Shown: positions 53,361 through 58,161 of the stretch, one piece after another
Numbering within the stretch: position 1 is the first letter of the stretch
Layout of the letters: every line of letters begins with the position of its first letter
DNA from: a virus
Lineage: Duplodnaviria; Caudoviricetes
Virus record (IMG/VR): IMGVR_UViG_3300049048_000078
Coordinates: 1 to 58,161 of that record
DNA: 58,161 nucleotides
Reading direction: 5' to 3' (one strand)
Notes under the pieces: generated by a model
The model's database searches: none
Told to the model about the DNA's origin: nothing
What the model saw: only the letters and a program-made list of their open reading frames with translations
Position numbers and translations under genes: made by a program

Positions 53361-53873
53361 GTGGAGATTGCTGTGGATATGGAACGTATCAAGCGAATGC
53401 TCAGCTACGAGCCCTCCACCGGAGTGTTCACGTGGCTCTGCAACCGCAAGGGCGGCAGCGCTCGAGTGGGTGCCGTTGCTGGATGTCGGCGATCGGACGG
53501 TTATGTGCACATCGTCATTGATAGCGAGCGCAACTATGCGCACCGCCTGGCATGGCAGATGGCCGTTGGACCCATCCCAGCTGGGATGGAAATTGACCAC
53601 ATTGACCACGACCCAAGCAACAACACGCTGAACAACCTACGACTCGTCACGAAGGCGGGGAACCGAAGGAACCGCTCCCGCGATTCACGTAACACGTCGG
53701 GAGTCAACGGCGTGTTTTGGGCTGCGCATGCAAAAGCCTGGAGCGCACAGATTCGCGTCGACCGCAAAACGCACCACATCGGCTACTTCAAGGATTTGGA
53801 AGCCGCTGCGACAGCGAGAAAAAAGGCAGAGGCCGAGTTCGGCTTTCACGAAAACCACGGGAAGAAATCATGA
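53361..53873 (+). CDS. Free-standing HNH-AP2 homing endonuclease
   Basis: L.Y.P.TG.F.W, AHRLAW, IDHID...NN...NLR, NTSG..GV.W...W.AQI..IGYF; lower GC. Confidence 0.9.
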   Translation: MEIAVDMERIKRMLSYEPSTGVFTWLCNRKGGSARVGAVAGCRRSDGYVHIVIDSERNYAHRLAWQMAVGPIPAGMEIDHIDHDPSNNTLNNLRLVTKAGNRRNRSRDSRNTSGVNGVFWAAHAKAWSAQIRVDRKTHHIGYFKDLEAAATARKKAEAEFGFHENHGKKS

Positions 53874-55705
53874 CACCACTGAAAAGCGCCCCTCAAGGGT
53901 CCAGCGCATGGCACGCCGCCCGCGCGCAGCACTTCTGCGCATCCGAAGCCTCCGCCGCCATGGGGGCCTCCAAGTACACGACCCGCGACGCGCTCCTGCA
54001 CCAGAAAGCGACAGGCGTGACGGAAGAGGTCACGCCCGCTAAGCAGGCCCTGTTCGATGCCGGGCACGAAGCGGAAGCCCTGGCCCGCCCCATCGCCGAA
54101 CGCATCGCTGGCGTTGAGCTTTCACCGATCGTGGGTACGCTTGAAATCGACGGCATGAAGCTGCTCGCCAGCTTCGACGGCATCGACCTGATGGACGAGG
54201 TCATCTGGGAGAATAAGCTGCTGAACGCCTCGCTGGTCGAGCAGGTGAAGGCTGGCGAGCTCGACCAGCACTATTGGGCCCAACTGGAACACCAGCTCCT
54301 GGTCAGCGGGGCGCATCGCGCTCTGTTCACCACCAGTGATGGCACGGAGGATGGCACACACCACCTCTGGTATGAGTCAGTGCCCGAGCGCCGTGCGCAG
54401 CTGATCGGCGCATGGAAGCAGTTTGCGGCCGATCTGGTCGCCTACGTGGCCCCCGAGGCAAAGCCCGCCCCCGTGGTCGCCGCCCCCATGGAAACACTGC
54501 CCGCAGTCTCCGTTCGCGTGGACGGCCAGCTCGCCATCATCTCCAACCTGCCCGCCTTCGGCACCGCGCTGCGCAACTTCATCGACCGCATCCCGGCCAA
54601 GCCCAGCACCGACCAGGAATTCGCCGACACCGAAGCCGCCTGCAAGGCGCTGAAGCAGACCGAAGACGCGCTGGAAGCCGCAGAGAGCAACGCCCTCGCG
54701 CAGCTGGCCGACGTGGACACCATGCGCCGCTTCGTGGCCGACTACCGGGCCCTGGCGCGCACGACGCGGCTGCAGCGGGAAAAGCTGGTGGCGCAGCGCA
54801 AGGAGGAAATCCGGGGCGAAATCGTGGCCGGTGGCGTCACCGCGCTGCGCGAGCACATCGCCGCCCTGAACACCCGCCTTGGCAAGACCTACATGCCCCA
54901 GGTGGCTGCCGACTTCCAGGGCGCCATCAGGGGCAAGCGCACCGTGGACAGCCTGCGCGGCGCGGTGAACGATGAGCTGGCCCGCGCCAAGATCGCGGCC
55001 AACGAGATCGCAGCCCGCATCCAGCTGAACCTGAACACCCTGCGCGAGCACGCCGCAGAGCATGTGTTCCTGTTCGCCGATGCCCCGCAGTTGGTCATGA
55101 AGGCCAACGACGACCTGCTGGTGCTGATCAAGTCGCGCATCGGAGACCACGAAGCAAAGAAGGCCGCCGAGTTGGAAGCCGAGCGCGAGCGCATCCGCGC
55201 CGAAGAGCAGGCCAAGGCACAGCGCGAAGCCCGCGAGGCCGAAGCAAAGCGCGAGCGGGAGCGCCAGGAAGAACAGCGCCAGCAGGCTCTGGAGGCTGAG
55301 CGCGAAGCTCAAGCCGGTATCGCTGCAGCGCGCGCCGAAGAGGCATTGCCCGCCCCGCTGCTGGACGACCTGTCGAGCTTGGCCAAGGACCTGAAGGACG
55401 ACATCGTCTCCAACATCGACGCCGAACAGGCCATCAGCGCGGCCCAGCGCACGGCAGCTGCTGCGCAAGTGGTCGCCCCGCTGCGCCCCGCCGCCGTCGC
55501 GCCGACCACGCCGCCCTCGCTCAAGCTGGGCCAGATCGCCGAGCGCTTGGGCTTCGCGCTGTCCGCCGACTTCCTGCGCGGCCTGGGCTTTGAGCCTGCC
55601 GCGAAGGTTGGCGCGCATGGGGTCTACCACGAGGCCCAGTTCCCCCACATGTTGGCCGCCCTGGTGCGCCACATCGAGGGCGTGCAGGCCAAGGCCGCCG
55701 CCTGA
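53870..55705 (+). CDS. YqaJ-family viral recombinase exonuclease with long coiled-coil tail
   Basis: QGS..W...R...ASEA, GH..E..AR, ASFDG..ENK, Y..Q..HQL. Confidence 0.88.
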   Translation: MTPLKSAPQGSSAWHAARAQHFCASEASAAMGASKYTTRDALLHQKATGVTEEVTPAKQALFDAGHEAEALARPIAERIAGVELSPIVGTLEIDGMKLLASFDGIDLMDEVIWENKLLNASLVEQVKAGELDQHYWAQLEHQLLVSGAHRALFTTSDGTEDGTHHLWYESVPERRAQLIGAWKQFAADLVAYVAPEAKPAPVVAAPMETLPAVSVRVDGQLAIISNLPAFGTALRNFIDRIPAKPSTDQEFADTEAACKALKQTEDALEAAESNALAQLADVDTMRRFVADYRALARTTRLQREKLVAQRKEEIRGEIVAGGVTALREHIAALNTRLGKTYMPQVAADFQGAIRGKRTVDSLRGAVNDELARAKIAANEIAARIQLNLNTLREHAAEHVFLFADAPQLVMKANDDLLVLIKSRIGDHEAKKAAELEAERERIRAEEQAKAQREAREAEAKRERERQEEQRQQALEAEREAQAGIAAARAEEALPAPLLDDLSSLAKDLKDDIVSNIDAEQAISAAQRTAAAAQVVAPLRPAAVAPTTPPSLKLGQIAERLGFALSADFLRGLGFEPAAKVGAHGVYHEAQFPHMLAALVRHIEGVQAKAAA

Positions 55706-55735
55706 TCAACGCGCCCCCAAGCACCGAAAGCACAC

Positions 55736-57640
55736 ATGAGCACTGCAGAAATTCGCCACTTCCACCTGTTCTGCGGCCTGGGCGGCGGCGCCAAAGGCTT
55801 CAACCAGGCCCGGCCGCGCGTTGGCAACATGGTCGCGCAGTTCCGCTGCATCGGCGGCATCGATGTGGACGCGGCCAGCATCCGCGACTTCGGGCGCCTC
55901 ACAGGTGTGCCCGGCACTGTGCTGGACCTGTTCGACCGGGACCAGTACCGGGACTTCCACGGCGCTGAGCCGCCGGCCGACTGGCGCGAGGCGGGCACGG
56001 CCGATATCCACCGTGCGGCCGGCGGCGAGCGTCCGCACATCGTCTTCCTCAGCGCGCCGTGCAAAGGGTTCTCCGGCCTCTTGTCCGAGGGCAAGAGCAA
56101 GACCGACAAGTACCAAGCCCTGAACCGCCTCACCGTGCGCGGCGTCTGGCTGATGCTCGAGGCATGGCGCAACGACCCGCCGGAGCTGATCATTTTCGAG
56201 AACGTGCCCCGCATCGCTACACGCGGCCGGCACCTGCTTGACCAGATCGTCGACCTGCTCCGCGCCTATGGCTACGCGGTGGCAGAAACCACCCACGACT
56301 GCGGCGAGCTGGGCGGCCTGGCTCAGAGCCGCAAGCGCTTCCTGCTGGTGGGCCGCCACATCGAGAAGGTGCCGCCCTTCCTGTACGAGCCCCACAGCCG
56401 CCCGCTGCGCGCTGTGGGCGATGTGCTCGGCCGCATGCTGTTGCCCGGCGACCTGCGCGGCGGCCCCATGCACCGAATCCCCGCGCTGCAGTGGAAGACC
56501 TGGGTGCGCCTGGCCTTTGTCGAGGCCGGCAGCGACTGGCGCTCCCTCAACCGTCTGGCGGTCGAGAACGGCCAGCTGCGCGACTACCTGATCGTGCCCG
56601 AGAACCGGAACAGCGGCTTCCTGGGCGTGGGCCGCTGGGATTCACCGCGCGGGACCGTCACCGGCCGAAGCCTGCCCAACAACGGTGACTTTGCCATCGC
56701 AGACCCGCGCCAACAGCTCTACGCCGCCGGCTATGGGGTCACCCCATGGGGCGCTGCCAGCGGCGCGGTGGCTGGCGAGTCCCTCCCCTCCAATGGCAAG
56801 TTCGCCGTGCAAGACCCACGCTTCGTGCAGTCGGCAAAGTGGAAGGATGGCCAGGCGCTGGGCGTGCGCACCTGGGACGAGCACACCGGCGCCATCGCTG
56901 GCCAGCAGTCGCCGGGCCAGGGCGCGTACAGCGTCGCGGACCCGCGCCACACCGGCCCCGCGAAGCACTCGAACGAGTTCCGCATCGTGCGCTGGGACAA
57001 GGCTGCGATGGCCGTCACCAGTGCCCACGGCACGGGCCAAGCCGTGGCCGACCCGCGCGGTGGTCCAGATCCTGACTTGCTGCATGGCAAGTACCCCATC
57101 ACCGGCTGGGACGAAACCGCGCGCACCGTGATCGGTGGAAACGCCAACGGCGCGTTCGCTGTGGCCGATCCCCGCAGCGGCATGCAGCGCGGCAAGGGCG
57201 ACAACTACCTCACTGCCGGCCACTACGGCGTCGTGCCCTGGACCGGCCCATCGGGCGCAGTGAGCGCAGCTGCTGGCCACGACAACGGCCGCTGGAGCGT
57301 GGCCGATCCACGGATGCCGGAGCCCGGCGAAAAGCTGGTTTGCCGCATCACGGCCGAGGACGGCACGTGGCACCGCCCCTTCACCACGCTGGAGCTGGCC
57401 GCGCTGCAGTCGCTGGTGGACCCGGAAGAGCTGCTGGAACTTGACGGGCTCAGCGACCAAGCATGGAGAGAGCGCATTGGAAACGCAGTGCCCAGCTCGG
57501 CGGCCGAGGCCATCGCGCACGTCATGGGCGAGACGCTGCTGCTGGCATGGTCTGGCGAAACATTCCTGCTGTCGGCCCAGCCCATCTGGGTGCGGCCGAT
57601 TGCGCTGGGCGTGGCCATGGGGAGCAGACATGAGCAATGA
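55736..57640 (+). CDS. Orphan DNA cytosine-C5 methyltransferase with internal repeats
   Basis: LFCGLGG, SAPCKGFS, FENVP, QSRKR, IGNAVP. Confidence 0.9.
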   Translation: MSTAEIRHFHLFCGLGGGAKGFNQARPRVGNMVAQFRCIGGIDVDAASIRDFGRLTGVPGTVLDLFDRDQYRDFHGAEPPADWREAGTADIHRAAGGERPHIVFLSAPCKGFSGLLSEGKSKTDKYQALNRLTVRGVWLMLEAWRNDPPELIIFENVPRIATRGRHLLDQIVDLLRAYGYAVAETTHDCGELGGLAQSRKRFLLVGRHIEKVPPFLYEPHSRPLRAVGDVLGRMLLPGDLRGGPMHRIPALQWKTWVRLAFVEAGSDWRSLNRLAVENGQLRDYLIVPENRNSGFLGVGRWDSPRGTVTGRSLPNNGDFAIADPRQQLYAAGYGVTPWGAASGAVAGESLPSNGKFAVQDPRFVQSAKWKDGQALGVRTWDEHTGAIAGQQSPGQGAYSVADPRHTGPAKHSNEFRIVRWDKAAMAVTSAHGTGQAVADPRGGPDPDLLHGKYPITGWDETARTVIGGNANGAFAVADPRSGMQRGKGDNYLTAGHYGVVPWTGPSGAVSAAAGHDNGRWSVADPRMPEPGEKLVCRITAEDGTWHRPFTTLELAALQSLVDPEELLELDGLSDQAWRERIGNAVPSSAAEAIAHVMGETLLLAWSGETFLLSAQPIWVRPIALGVAMGSRHEQ

Positions 57641-58161
57641 CAAGGAACGCGAGGAGCGCGACTGGTGGCGCAAGCCTGCAGACGAAATTGAGGCGCGAGT
57701 AGCGGCCTCTGGCAGCCAGGAGGCAATGCGCTGCTACACAGACATGCGCGCGCTCTTGCAAGAGGTGGCACGCGCATCTCTGGCAGCAAGTGCGAGGAGT
57801 GAGCCTGTGTCGTTCACGGCCGAGCATGTGGCCTACATCAACCGGTACGGCGGTCGGTGCCGCGACTGCGCCGACGAGAACGGCGTTTGCCCTGGGCGCG
57901 GGCTGCCTTGTGAAGGCGCGCCGAAGGCAATCCAGTTCGTGCTGGAGGCGCTGGCGTATGGGATCAACAACGGCTATATCAGCGCTCGTGTCCACCCCTC
58001 TCCACCAGAGGGAATGGTGGGAGGGTGGAGGCCGATTGAGACGGCTCCGAAAGGTGATGAATTTTTAGTGTGGGGAAAATACTTTGCATATGCTTTTTTG
58101 GTAAGTGTGCGCCAAGAAAAATTTGTGACAGCAGGGAAGGTTGTTATCACCAGTGCCACTC
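57630..58161 (+). CDS. Hypothetical mosaic protein with a WRPIETAPK (DUF551-like) segment, 3' truncated
   Basis: Open frame from ATG at 57630 to the window end; CxxC...C...C segment. Confidence 0.65.
   Translation, partial: MSNDKEREERDWWRKPADEIEARVAASGSQEAMRCYTDMRALLQEVARASLAASARSEPVSFTAEHVAYINRYGGRCRDCADENGVCPGRGLPCEGAPKAIQFVLEALAYGINNGYISARVHPSPPEGMVGGWRPIETAPKGDEFLVWGKYFAYAFLVSVRQEKFVTAGKVVITSAT

Larger units (their letters stand above)
1487..58161. mobile_element. Temperate prophage integrated in tRNA-Pro, podovirus-like with lambdoid/P22-type organisation; continues beyond the window
   Basis: tRNA 3' fragment at the left boundary followed by lysis, tail, head, packaging, replication, immunity and recombination modules. 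Confidence 0.95.

Overview
High-GC betaproteobacterial chromosome (probably Comamonadaceae-like, by inference). About 1.5 kb of host DNA (3' end of a PpiC-type prolyl isomerase, a DUF1624-type membrane gene, and the displaced 3' half of tRNA-Pro(TGG) with its terminator) is followed by a prophage of more than 56 kb that runs off the right end; the integrase and second att site are not in the window. The prophage has lambdoid/P22-like organisation and looks podovirus-like, with no tape-measure or sheath gene recognised. From left to right: a LexA-boxed SRAP cassette; lysis genes; tail/fibre genes; a stand-alone ejection-type protein with a probable BECR-fold RNase tip; a P22 immI-like mnt/arc/ant module; a DUF2335 pair; ejection proteins; N4-gp56-type capsid, scaffold and portal; a terminase large subunit split into two genes; nin-like genes; RusA, DnaB and an initiator with iterons; cII/BRO/cro/cI; a HipA-like kinase cassette at the rex position; and RecT, HNH-AP2, YqaJ and a C5-methyltransferase. 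Features not explained by the ORF track include: (1) a roughly 140-nt structured, tRNA-like RNA with its own sigma70 promoter, convergent on the putative RNase-tip gene (candidate virion-delivered toxin / RNA antitoxin pair); (2) a seven-copy late-promoter motif CCCCCA(G/C)TAGGGTTCGC-N19-NANACT, four copies predicting leaderless mRNAs; (3) two more large structured non-coding RNAs; (4) hidden small ORFs; (5) readable operator sets.
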